Source: a virus (Duplodnaviria; Caudoviricetes). From it: 60,067 bases of DNA. The notes below the pieces were generated by a model. It was not told the DNA's origin and made no database searches. It was given only the letters and a program-made list of their open reading frames with translations. A program made the translations under genes and the position numbers. This document shows, one piece after another, positions 28,573-36,794 of this stretch; the stretch's first letter is position 1; each line of letters begins with the position of its first letter. The stretch lies in IMG/VR virus record IMGVR_UViG_3300025894_001094, positions 1-60,067 of that record; one strand, given 5' to 3'.

Positions 28573-29393
28573 CTATATTCCTCGTTTGCATCTACGATTG
28601 CATCTAGCAAAGGTGAACTTTTAGTGATATATCTCAAAGCCGACATGTCTTTCGGCAGACAATGCCCACCGTATCCAAACTTACCGTCTGGTCCTGGAAC
28701 CTGTGAATGAGATTTACCGATGCGAGGATCAAGTGCGATAGCATCGATCATACCATCGAAACCCTCAAACCCACACTCTTTATAAATGCTATACATCTCA
28801 TTGAAGAATGTAACTCGGGTTGCTAAGAAACAGTTCTCAACATATTTAGAGAATGCTGCTTGTTCTAATGACAGGTAACGAACTTCTTTCAGTTCAGGCA
28901 AAACTGGTTTGAACAACTCGTCCCAGAACCGACAGTCATCACCACCGTAGATCGCAAAAGTTTGTTTCATGAACTCTTCTTCGGTAGATCGATGCATATT
29001 AGACGAACCAAGAAACTCGGGCGAGTATGTCAGGTTGTAATGTATATCAAGAATTGAATCCATCGTACCAGACGAGATAATAGCAGTATAGTGAATGTCG
29101 GTCAACCACACGGGGTCCACTGCTGACTTGATTAGAAACTTAGTGTCAGCGTTTAGTGTGTAATACTTGTCGAGCACTGCTGCAACGTTAGACGTGTCGC
29201 ACTGACCGTCAGGAAGAGCAGGTGTCGCAACACAAATAACAACCGCATCAGGAGAATCGATCTGTTCATCTCGATAATAGTTGAAACCCTTTGCAGGATC
29301 ATCAATAAAGACATCCTGCTCACTAGGCAGTTGTTCTAGTGCATGGTGTACTGCTTGCCCAACGGGACCATAACCCGCAACTACGATTTTCAT
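28560..29393 (-). CDS. ugd: UDP-glucose/GDP-mannose dehydrogenase family, lacking C-terminal domain
   Basis: GYGPVG, ICVATP, IKS, YSPEFL, KYVENCFLATRVTFFNE, DPRIG, GYGGHCLPKD. Confidence 0.85.
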   Translation of the reverse strand: MKIVVAGYGPVGQAVHHALEQLPSEQDVFIDDPAKGFNYYRDEQIDSPDAVVICVATPALPDGQCDTSNVAAVLDKYYTLNADTKFLIKSAVDPVWLTDIHYTAIISSGTMDSILDIHYNLTYSPEFLGSSNMHRSTEEEFMKQTFAIYGGDDCRFWDELFKPVLPELKEVRYLSLEQAAFSKYVENCFLATRVTFFNEMYSIYKECGFEGFDGMIDAIALDPRIGKSHSQVPGPDGKFGYGGHCLPKDMSALRYITKSSPLLDAIVDANEEYRCQR

Positions 29394-29740
29394 GGTATGT
29401 GAATTCCTAGTGCGTAGTTTTCGGCAACGTCTTCTGCCCAGTTAACTGAATGTGAAGTACAATCAACAGTTCGAATGTATCGTGACTGTTCATATAATTC
29501 TACAACATATCCGCGTTCCGTCTTAATAACAACTGCTTCATTCTTTCCGTTGGCAGACATATGCCTTGATATAGGTTCTGAGATGGTAACCTCCTTACGA
29601 TGATATTTCATATTCTTACCTCCAAAGATAAGATCCCATTGTGCGTCAAATTTATTCTGTGATACAGACAGAGGTCTTTGTTTCGATCCTTTCCCGTTCA
29701 TTCCACCACTCCGGTTTATCGCGTTTAGTCCACTTGGCAA
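29390..29740 (-). CDS. Hypothetical protein (start may be further downstream)
   Basis: ORF; GKGSKQRP and AEDVAENY motifs. Confidence 0.6.
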   Translation of the reverse strand: MPSGLNAINRSGGMNGKGSKQRPLSVSQNKFDAQWDLIFGGKNMKYHRKEVTISEPISRHMSANGKNEAVVIKTERGYVVELYEQSRYIRTVDCTSHSVNWAEDVAENYALGIHIP

Positions 29741-30242
29741 AGTCTCGTTTTGCTTGCCAGTAATAATTTCTGTATGATGCTATTGAATCATTTTTTACAA
29801 TGCAGTCAGGAAAACTTTTCATTGCAGGAGGTGGTTCTGCGAACGCATCTTCTTTGATATTCATTGGCGGCATCAATAGTGATAATTCTAGATCAACAAA
29901 TGATTTATGGCGTTTACCATAACGGTATTCAAACTCTGAGCACAAGTTACACCACATGTCATACAACCAAAGATAGTTAGATGAACTAGATCTTGTCCAT
30001 ATATTAGATGGATGGTTAATGTGCGATGCTTTGTATAGCGAATCATTTAGTTCGCCATCATTTAAAAAGTACCGTGCAATTTTACGACCATTCGAAGTTC
30101 TGCCGTACCACAACTTACCGTCAGTAACTCTATGAGCAGTTGACATAAGCTGAGCATATTCGACACACATTTTAGATGCATGCGTGTCGCAGTGCATTTC
30201 TGCACAGACACGAGGATCTTCGTGTAAATAGAAAACGTTCAA
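29652..30242 (-). CDS. Pyrimidine-dimer DNA glycosylase / DenV-like family protein
   Basis: MNVFYLHEDP..CAEMHCD.H..KM.VEYAQLMSTAHR, LYKASHINHPS, YRNYY. Confidence 0.75.
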   Translation of the reverse strand: MNVFYLHEDPRVCAEMHCDTHASKMCVEYAQLMSTAHRVTDGKLWYGRTSNGRKIARYFLNDGELNDSLYKASHINHPSNIWTRSSSSNYLWLYDMWCNLCSEFEYRYGKRHKSFVDLELSLLMPPMNIKEDAFAEPPPAMKSFPDCIVKNDSIASYRNYYWQAKRDFAKWTKRDKPEWWNERERIETKTSVCITE

Positions 30243-30243
30243 T

Positions 30244-30417
30244 TTATTGCCTCTTTTGTTGTTCCTTTAATGCATCTGCATTGACTTCTACGATATGACG
30301 GTAGATCCCAGACAAGATACCTTTATCGCGATGATTTAAACTATTATACATTGCTTTTTCTTTTTTGTCAATGATTTTACCCACTTTACGAAACAACTTT
30401 GCTTTTTTACTATTCAT
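30244..30417 (-). CDS. Small basic hypothetical protein (57 aa; not in ORF track)
   Basis: MNSKKAKLFRKVGK...EQQKRQ*; fills the gap between neighbours. Confidence 0.6.
   Translation of the reverse strand: MNSKKAKLFRKVGKIIDKKEKAMYNSLNHRDKGILSGIYRHIVEVNADALKEQQKRQ
30343..30371 (-). promoter_or_regulatory. Consensus sigma70 promoter
   Basis: TTGACA-17 nt-TATAAT. Confidence 0.85.
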
Positions 30418-30422
30418 ACAAA

Positions 30423-30674
30423 TTACCCATTATAAATTTTATCTAACAAATCAGAGAATTCTTCGACCTTTTCCATACGGTTTGGCCAGTATATGTAATC
30501 TTTCTCTGGATTTGCTTTTAGATTGTTAAGCAACGGTTGTATTGTATTATACAACTTGCTTAGTCGCTCGAAGGTGTCTAGGTGACCTTCTGCTTGCTCC
30601 TTTGCTTGTTGAACAACTTCTAATTCTTCTTCGGTTACCGCAGTAAATCCGAAATCAAATATTTCATCAGTCAT
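30423..30674 (-). CDS. Conserved-type phage hypothetical protein (83 aa)
   Basis: FDFGFTAV, PLLNNLKANPEKDYIYWPNR. Confidence 0.75.
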   Translation of the reverse strand: MTDEIFDFGFTAVTEEELEVVQQAKEQAEGHLDTFERLSKLYNTIQPLLNNLKANPEKDYIYWPNRMEKVEEFSDLLDKIYNG

Positions 30675-31347
30675 TGAGTTCCTCCACTGCTGTTATTACA
30701 TCCGGAAAATGTGTTCCGAGAATACTCCATACTTTATCGGCAACATCCATGTGCTCTGCCTGAGTACCGTGTCCTCGTCTTAGATCACAATAGTGAATCC
30801 ATGATCGAAGCGTACCAGACATATAGAGGGTTGTCTCGGTGAGACCCTCGGGTAACAGTGCTCGTGCCTGTTCTTTTGCGATACCACTGTTGAGTGCCAT
30901 CTCATAATAGTCCTTTGCAACTCTACTGACTTCTGCTTGCATCTCGTTAAACACGTGTTGAGCAGTCTTCTGACGCTCTGGATCCTCGTGTTTCTCGCTC
31001 AGTTGACGATTGGTAGGGTGCTGTTTACGTGCCTCACGGGTCGTTACAAACGACTCTGAGACGGCATATCGTTGACTAAACTCTTGAAATGAGAAGGATC
31101 GATGCCGTAATATCTGCCGTGAAATGTCACGGGTAGTCTTAATTTCCATGGTAACACTCACCATCTCAAACGGACTCCAATGGTTTTCTTTAATGAGATA
31201 TCTCAGTAACTTACTTGCTGTTTTGGTGTTGTTTTGGTTGTTAGGATTACTAACCCGAGCAGCATATGCAACTAGATCGGATGCGGTATGGCATCCTGTA
31301 ATTGCGCTTGGGGAGGTCATGCCTATTAAATTAACTTCGCATGTCAT
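30667..31347 (-). CDS. thyX: FAD-dependent thymidylate synthase
   Basis: HWSPFE, RQILRHRSFSFQEFSQRY, AKEQARALLP, LRSWIHY. Confidence 0.97.
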   Translation of the reverse strand: MTCEVNLIGMTSPSAITGCHTASDLVAYAARVSNPNNQNNTKTASKLLRYLIKENHWSPFEMVSVTMEIKTTRDISRQILRHRSFSFQEFSQRYAVSESFVTTREARKQHPTNRQLSEKHEDPERQKTAQHVFNEMQAEVSRVAKDYYEMALNSGIAKEQARALLPEGLTETTLYMSGTLRSWIHYCDLRRGHGTQAEHMDVADKVWSILGTHFPDVITAVEELND

Positions 31348-31348
31348 A

Positions 31349-32071
31349 CTATATTTTCCTTACGTAAATAAAATCACCACTTTTTTTGTCTTTTGCGAGG
31401 GACTTTCCTCTCATATAAAACCCATGGTCTTGCAACCAAGGGTCTATATCTTTGAGCAGGTCTTGATCGTGATATAACGGTTCAATTTCTATTTCTGTCC
31501 ATATAAACTCAACATCATGAATTCGTTCTCCCAGACCTTTCAATGCCTTTAACTCTGCTCCTTGAAGATCCATCCAGATAATCTGAGGACCTTTTATGTT
31601 CTTCTTTTCACAGAAGGTGTCTAAACGAGTACACGAAACCTCAATTTCATTCTGAACATAGTGTTCTCCCATTTCACTCTCTCTGCCATTCGTGCGATAT
31701 AAACTACTTGCACCTTGGTTTGAATCAAACCATACAGACCGAGAAACAACCCTGTCTATGGGGTAGAATTTACACTTGCCATCATAATCATTCACGGCAA
31801 CTGAATTTAATGAGACATTATAACAATCTGTTAAATTTTTCTCGATAATAGGAATCTGAGCAGGGTTTGCTTCGAACGTTTCGATAGCAGCATTTTCATA
31901 GATCTCAGAGAATAGTGCTGATTCCAAACCATGGCAAGATCCGATATCAAAGATACTTCTAATCTCGCGAGAGTTACCCAAATGCTCTTCGACCAAGGAT
32001 AAAAAGGAGCTTATATTCTCTGCCCTATAATTATTGGTCATAAGCTCCTTCCATATAAGTTCCTGGTACAC
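31349..32071 (-). CDS. FkbM-family methyltransferase
   Basis: IFDIGSCHG, FEANP, IWMDLQGAELKALKG. Confidence 0.85.
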   Translation of the reverse strand: MYQELIWKELMTNNYRAENISSFLSLVEEHLGNSREIRSIFDIGSCHGLESALFSEIYENAAIETFEANPAQIPIIEKNLTDCYNVSLNSVAVNDYDGKCKFYPIDRVVSRSVWFDSNQGASSLYRTNGRESEMGEHYVQNEIEVSCTRLDTFCEKKNIKGPQIIWMDLQGAELKALKGLGERIHDVEFIWTEIEIEPLYHDQDLLKDIDPWLQDHGFYMRGKSLAKDKKSGDFIYVRKI

Positions 32072-32213
32072 TATAATATGAGATTACGGTATGCATCGCA
32101 CTTATAAGAGAATCATCCATACCATCACTATTCTCTAGTTGCCATTTAAGTTCTTCTGCAATCAATTGATCTACGAACTCGTCTTTTAAAATTTCACTCA
32201 GTACCACTTTCAC
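32031..32213 (-). CDS. Small hypothetical protein
   Basis: ORF overlapping both neighbours in the operon. Confidence 0.55.
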   Translation of the reverse strand: MKVVLSEILKDEFVDQLIAEELKWQLENSDGMDDSLISAMHTVISYYSVPGTYMEGAYDQ

Positions 32214-32676
32214 TTACTCCTGCTTTTTCAAAGGTCATATCGACCACACCTGCCTCAATCAACTTACGACGATTTCTCATATGTTGTTTTTGAGTTTCTT
32301 CTTTACTGCCACCGTAGTAAGGCACACAATGACCTTCTTCAGACATAACTGATGTGACGGGTCTCCACGCATCGTTCTCCGCGTCATATACATCGAAGTC
32401 ACCAAGGATCCGACCGAATTTGCCTTTCATGTCTTCGCCGTCTCGGGCAACTTGTGTTTTCAATACGGGTTTAGGACCGAGCAACTCTTTCAATCGTTTA
32501 CTTGCTGCCTTACCAAATACTTTCTCTACCTTATCACGGGTTCGACTTTCGGGTGTATCAATACCCATGATACGAACTCGCTCGTCTCGCAACCAGACTC
32601 CAAACCCCAGATCGATATCTACATCGACCGTATCTCCGTCGACAACTTTAATTAATTTTGTTCTGTATTCGTACAT
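32194..32676 (-). CDS. Thermonuclease (SNase-like)
   Basis: KVVDGDTVDVDIDLGF, RIMGIDTPESRT, GKFGRILG. Confidence 0.9.
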   Translation of the reverse strand: MYEYRTKLIKVVDGDTVDVDIDLGFGVWLRDERVRIMGIDTPESRTRDKVEKVFGKAASKRLKELLGPKPVLKTQVARDGEDMKGKFGRILGDFDVYDAENDAWRPVTSVMSEEGHCVPYYGGSKEETQKQHMRNRRKLIEAGVVDMTFEKAGVSESGTE

Positions 32677-32683
32677 ACGCGTA

Positions 32684-33184
32684 TTATCCTATATTACCTG
32701 TTAATTGAATTGGACCATCATATCCTTTAGATATATGTATTGCCGCAGTTTGAAAACCACTTTGAGGCCATGGTTTAGGAGGAGTCTTAATACAATAGAA
32801 TTCTTTGATACCGAATCCTGCTTCTTTGATAATCCGTAATCTTGCTTTTGTCGTATAATGATTAATTGTAATCAGATACACGATGTCATTCGCAAGATGC
32901 ATCGAATGAATCAGAAATTCTTTGATCTTACTCCATGGTGGATTTGTAACAATCCAGTCAGCATGTTCTTTGTAGTGAAAGAAGTCTTTGCCTTTGCTCA
33001 ATTCGCACCAGTCTTTTTCGCAGTCGACCGGATAGTGGTCATAGAATGCACCCTCACCTCGGCAAGGGTCTAGGACCCTGCCTCGGGGAGAAAAATGCCG
33101 AATGATGTCTATCGCAGTACTCTTAGGAGTATAGACAATATCTGCTTCGGGTGCGTTTTTCTTCGGAACTAACAGTTTACTCAT
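32684..33184 (-). CDS. Small amino-DNA methyltransferase (N6A/N4C type); likely start 33184
   Basis: DIVYTP, motif I VLDPCRGEGAF, motif IV TNPPW; ATGA overlap with the upstream gene. Confidence 0.85.
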   Translation of the reverse strand: MSKLLVPKKNAPEADIVYTPKSTAIDIIRHFSPRGRVLDPCRGEGAFYDHYPVDCEKDWCELSKGKDFFHYKEHADWIVTNPPWSKIKEFLIHSMHLANDIVYLITINHYTTKARLRIIKEAGFGIKEFYCIKTPPKPWPQSGFQTAAIHISKGYDGPIQLTGNIG

Positions 33185-34212
33185 GAGTTTCCTTCGATTA
33201 ATTCGGGAAATACCAAACCTGCTTCGGTAAGGTTCTCGATATCCAACGAACCGATTCCTAGTGTTGGGGATACATTGTTTCGTGCTCCGAACTTCTTGTA
33301 GAGACTGATTAAATGTGCAACACCACGCTTCGAGCAATCAAGACCGCTTCCACAAAACTGATGGACCATTTGAGGTGTTGTTGCCATTCCCAGACTCATA
33401 GGTTTATCGAGTGCAGTAAACTCTTGCCATACTGTTCGACCCTTGGTTGCTGTGAGGTACTTTTCACACACTACCTGCCATTGCATCAGAGTGCATAGCA
33501 CACCGGCATACAGTGTTTTTTCACCGCTCCAGACTTCGCTATACTTATCGAATGCCTCCATCACTTGTTCCTCACGTTCTCTCATTTGTTCAGAACTCAT
33601 TCCATCGCGCCATCCAAATGCCTTCCATAACATGGGAGACGTTTTCACGGGTTTCCCATCAACCGGACCAAAATCTCCGACTCGAAGGTTCATCTTTTCG
33701 AGGAGATTATAGCAGTATACGCTCTCGGGATTACCATAGATCAATCCTGCTTTTAGGATTTCGGGATGATTCAGTTTAGAGATGTTTTGATTACTGCCCT
33801 GATAATAGACTGCTTCAAATTCTCTAATCTGATCAAGGGTTGCACTTGCTGGATATTCAAACTGTGTAACAGAAAATTTTCTATCACTCTCTTTCAATCC
33901 ATAACAGATAATTGCCATGACTGTTTGATGTTGACCATCAAGGATCTTTCTGGTTCCATCAGGTCTAGCAGAAACAACAATATCTTTAACCAAGTGCGTA
34001 TCATAACCCATTTCGGTTAGATATTTTCGTACACGATTAGCTTGTAGAACACGTTGCAAATCTTTTGAGATTTCCATGTCTAACAGTTCTTCGACCGTGC
34101 ATTCAATTTTTGCTCTTTTCACGTCTAACTTCTGTTCTTTGAAAAAGACTTTATTGTTTGTTGCTAGGTCACACAGGATGGGATCATTATTGATCAATTG
34201 ATTAACTTTCAT
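33181..34212 (-). CDS. ParB/Srx-like (DGQH) domain protein
   Basis: LQR motif and KILDGQHQ. Confidence 0.6.
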   Translation of the reverse strand: MKVNQLINNDPILCDLATNNKVFFKEQKLDVKRAKIECTVEELLDMEISKDLQRVLQANRVRKYLTEMGYDTHLVKDIVVSARPDGTRKILDGQHQTVMAIICYGLKESDRKFSVTQFEYPASATLDQIREFEAVYYQGSNQNISKLNHPEILKAGLIYGNPESVYCYNLLEKMNLRVGDFGPVDGKPVKTSPMLWKAFGWRDGMSSEQMREREEQVMEAFDKYSEVWSGEKTLYAGVLCTLMQWQVVCEKYLTATKGRTVWQEFTALDKPMSLGMATTPQMVHQFCGSGLDCSKRGVAHLISLYKKFGARNNVSPTLGIGSLDIENLTEAGLVFPELIEGNS

Positions 34213-34284
34213 ATTGTATACTCCGGAGTATCGTACTCCATTATTTTAGTTTATACCGAATGTATTATTACAGACGATATATTA

Positions 34285-34312
34285 ATTATACACATTTTAA
34301 ATCAGATGTCAA
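34285..34312 (-). promoter_or_regulatory. sigma70-type promoter upstream of the DGQH gene
   Basis: TTGACA-16 nt-TATAAT. Confidence 0.7.
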
Positions 34313-34781
34313 TAGTAGGATTAGAAAACATGTCAAATAAATCATTCCTCTCGGATATCTTTACTTTACATGATGGATATCTTTCCAGCAACTCACTACC
34401 TTCTATAAAGATGAATCGCACAACAGGCATATCAATAATGTCTGCAATACAGTATATGTTAGACTTCACAACTGCATGTGCTTCTTCCTCTATGAATACA
34501 CGTCCCTGCCCCAGCATACGACTAGGCATAAACTTACATCCACCCTTGGGAGTAAAGGTCTTTGCCTCGACTGTTTGCCCAGTACGCGTATCAATGAAGT
34601 CATGGTTCTTAGAATTATCGGGTATCAGACAATCAAAAAATGATGTGCACCACAACTCCAGAATATGACTAGCATGTCTACCATCCTTGAACAACTTAAT
34701 CAATGATTCCATAGGAACGAGATCAAACGATATATCTTTCATCTCACGCGTATACACGGTATTCAACTCAAAAGCATTCAT
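34302..34781 (-). CDS. Putative PD-(D/E)XK nuclease (restriction-endonuclease-like)
   Basis: HILE...NHDFID...VEAKTF spacing matches E...D...ExK. Confidence 0.5.
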   Translation of the reverse strand: MNAFELNTVYTREMKDISFDLVPMESLIKLFKDGRHASHILELWCTSFFDCLIPDNSKNHDFIDTRTGQTVEAKTFTPKGGCKFMPSRMLGQGRVFIEEEAHAVVKSNIYCIADIIDMPVVRFIFIEGSELLERYPSCKVKISERNDLFDMFSNPTIDI

Positions 34782-34918
34782 GACAAAAATTTACTCCGGA
34801 AAAAAAAATTATAAAAAGGGACCCATAAAGTAACCCCGCTGGTTCCATCGATCTTGGGTAAAGGAAACGGGACTCCCAACCTCATTTCTATACAAAGAGG
34901 GGGGGGGTGTCTATCCCA

Positions 34919-35077
34919 TCACAACACCAGAACCAATGCGAAACACAGTGCGAAGATACCTAACACACCCACTACCGCATCACACAATCCTTTCATGAAA
35001 CTGTGATCAAAGTCCTCACCACTATACACAGGACGTTTATACACACCACCTACTTCATTATTAGAATATTTTCTCAT
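34919..35077 (-). CDS. Small membrane protein (52 aa; not in ORF track)
   Basis: MRKYSNNEVGG...AVVGVLGIFALCFALVLVL*; GAGGA upstream. Confidence 0.6.
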   Translation of the reverse strand: MRKYSNNEVGGVYKRPVYSGEDFDHSFMKGLCDAVVGVLGIFALCFALVLVL

Positions 35078-35078
35078 A

Positions 35079-35324
35079 TTATACAGTCCTCACAATGTAT
35101 GCGGGTTTAGATGAATCTAATTTCAAGGAATCATCCTTGACCTCAAATGCTTTCCAAGAAGCTTCGAACTCAGAAAATCCCTCAGCAGTTCTAGGAATTT
35201 CATCCCAGATCTCAGCATTCTTCAATGCGTCAAACAAAAACTCTGAAATAACTTCCTGTTTCTTTGCTGCACGATCAGCAACGTACTCAGCATAGGTGTC
35301 AAAATCAGTAATCCGTTTAGTCAT
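35079..35324 (-). CDS. Small early hypothetical protein
   Basis: ORF with AGGAG SD and TAATG coupling. Confidence 0.7.
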   Translation of the reverse strand: MTKRITDFDTYAEYVADRAAKKQEVISEFLFDALKNAEIWDEIPRTAEGFSEFEASWKAFEVKDDSLKLDSSKPAYIVRTV

Positions 35325-35452
35325 TACACTTTCTCCTGTGAATTTGCTATCTTCAAAGCAAATCTTAACAACTTTGCATCTTTACCTGCTTTTTGCATCA
35401 CAGGAGCACCTTTAGGTGCATTCTTAAGAGTTTCTATAGAAACGTTTTTCAA
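35324..35452 (-). CDS. Small basic early protein (42 aa, TTG start; not in ORF track)
   Basis: GAGGA SD; MKNVSIETLKNAPKGAP...EKV*; coupled to the next gene. Confidence 0.55.
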   Translation of the reverse strand: MKNVSIETLKNAPKGAPVMQKAGKDAKLLRFALKIANSQEKV

Positions 35453-35478
35453 TTTAATTCCTCATCGTTTAAAATCAT

Positions 35479-35507
35479 ATTATAAGATACTTTTCGGAAT
35501 AATACAA
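35479..35507 (-). promoter_or_regulatory. sigma70-type early promoter
   Basis: TTGTAT-17 nt-TATAAT. Confidence 0.7.
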
Positions 35508-35588
35508 GTGAATTGTGGGAATACATTATATTCCACTTCTTCATGTTTCCTTCGGTAATGTGTGACTATTCGTCGCATTATGAGGAGC

Positions 35589-35617
35589 ATTATACCGCGA
35601 TTATGCGGATCTGTCAA
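35589..35617 (-). promoter_or_regulatory. Consensus sigma70 early promoter
   Basis: TTGACA-17 nt-TATAAT. Confidence 0.85.
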
Positions 35618-35825
35618 GCTTTATTTTTCTCTTTTCTGCTGCTGTAAGGTCACGAAACTTTCTTCGAGAAACTGACCACTGCTTCTTAGGGGCAGAGAAG
35701 TAAATCGCCTCAGAGGACCCCACAGGGACGTATCCGATGAGGTTTGTGCCCTCGGTGATGTATATGTGATTTGCTTGGGGATAGTTACATTTATCCCAGA
35801 TAGTGATTTCTTGACGTACTCGCAT
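35601..35825 (-). CDS. Small early hypothetical protein
   Basis: GGAG SD, own promoter; QEITIW...NHIY...RRKF. Confidence 0.7.
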   Translation of the reverse strand: MRVRQEITIWDKCNYPQANHIYITEGTNLIGYVPVGSSEAIYFSAPKKQWSVSRRKFRDLTAAEKRKIKLDRSA

Positions 35826-35852
35826 AGGGAAACTCCATAATGTGATGATAAC

Positions 35853-35881
35853 ATCTTACCACATATAGGAATTTGTGTCAA
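35853..35881 (-). promoter_or_regulatory. sigma70-type early promoter
   Basis: TTGACA-17 nt-TAAGAT. Confidence 0.8.
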
Positions 35882-35970
35882 GTATTTTTGAGGTGTGGGG
35901 GAAATTAAGTTGCGATAGATAACTAGGTAGGGTCTCCGCACATATCCTAATTTGTTTATTTAGATATACT

Positions 35971-36000
35971 CAATCCCACAATTACCCACATTATCCCATA
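35971..36000 (+). repeat. Three 10-bp-period CCCA(C/T)A direct repeats
   Basis: caatcccaca attacccaca ttatcccata, intergenic. Confidence 0.5.
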
Positions 36001-36050
36001 ATTTGTTTCTCATAGTGTACATTGTATAGTTTATGAAACATAATTCATAA

Positions 36051-36794
36051 TTACTGCATTCTACGAAACACGTGTTCCGTGTTTATTGATTGGGTATACC
36101 CTTGAGCAACAACTTTTTTGTGTACTAAAATATAGTCATTTCTTATACGATTAACAAGCACATAGTCATATTTTTCGGTGAACCTTTCCATTATTTCTTT
36201 AAGTGTACCCGATCTTCTAAAGATTTCTATTATCACCACAGGTTTATCTCGTTGTAAGATATCATTGCAATGAGACACGAAATAATTTTCTGATTGTTCT
36301 ATATCGACTTTAATAAGATCAATGTTTTGAATATCGTATCTATAAGCAAATCTATCAAACTTCGTTACCGGCACTCTGAAATTTTCATCATCTCTTTCAA
36401 CATAATTCCCTGATTTAAGTGATTCCGGAAATGGATGAAGAGAAGTATAACCCCCCCATAATGCTGATTTAACACGAGTCGAACCCTCAACCTCATGTAT
36501 GGCATAGTTATGATGAGTAATGTTATTATACTGTTGATTATTTATTTTCGCACATTCTATAAAAGGCGAATACATTTCTATTGCGTGTACATGATCGAAG
36601 TTTCTGGCAAAAATATTACTTGCTGCTCCATATGATGATCCAATATCAATACAGGTGCGAAAGTTTTGAACATAACTCATTGCGCTATAGAACATTCCTT
36701 TTTGCCATTGCAGAGATTCGAGTGAATAATCATCATAAGCAAGATCTTTTTCATCATGAAGAAGAGTCCAACCTTTGACTATTTTAGTTTTCAT
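36051..36794 (-). CDS. FkbM-family methyltransferase (likely start 36794)
   Basis: CIDIGSSYG, VHAIE, IDLIKVDIE, KPVVIIE. Confidence 0.8.
   Translation of the reverse strand: MKTKIVKGWTLLHDEKDLAYDDYSLESLQWQKGMFYSAMSYVQNFRTCIDIGSSYGAASNIFARNFDHVHAIEMYSPFIECAKINNQQYNNITHHNYAIHEVEGSTRVKSALWGGYTSLHPFPESLKSGNYVERDDENFRVPVTKFDRFAYRYDIQNIDLIKVDIEQSENYFVSHCNDILQRDKPVVIIEIFRRSGTLKEIMERFTEKYDYVLVNRIRNDYILVHKKVVAQGYTQSINTEHVFRRMQ

Noticed and set aside
33185-33337. N-terminal extension of the MTase in the ORF track
   Set aside because: Overlaps the DGQH gene; the ATGA-coupled start at 33184 is more plausible
34198-34668. 156-aa + strand ORF
   Set aside because: Antisense to the nuclease-like gene and a clear minus-strand promoter; no motifs
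35621-35941. 106-aa minus-strand ORF
   Set aside because: Spans a promoter and overlaps the better-supported 35601-35825 gene
34782-36050. tRNA genes in the intergenic gaps
   Set aside because: No cloverleaf or T-loop GTTCRA pattern seen by eye; a tRNA scan would be decisive
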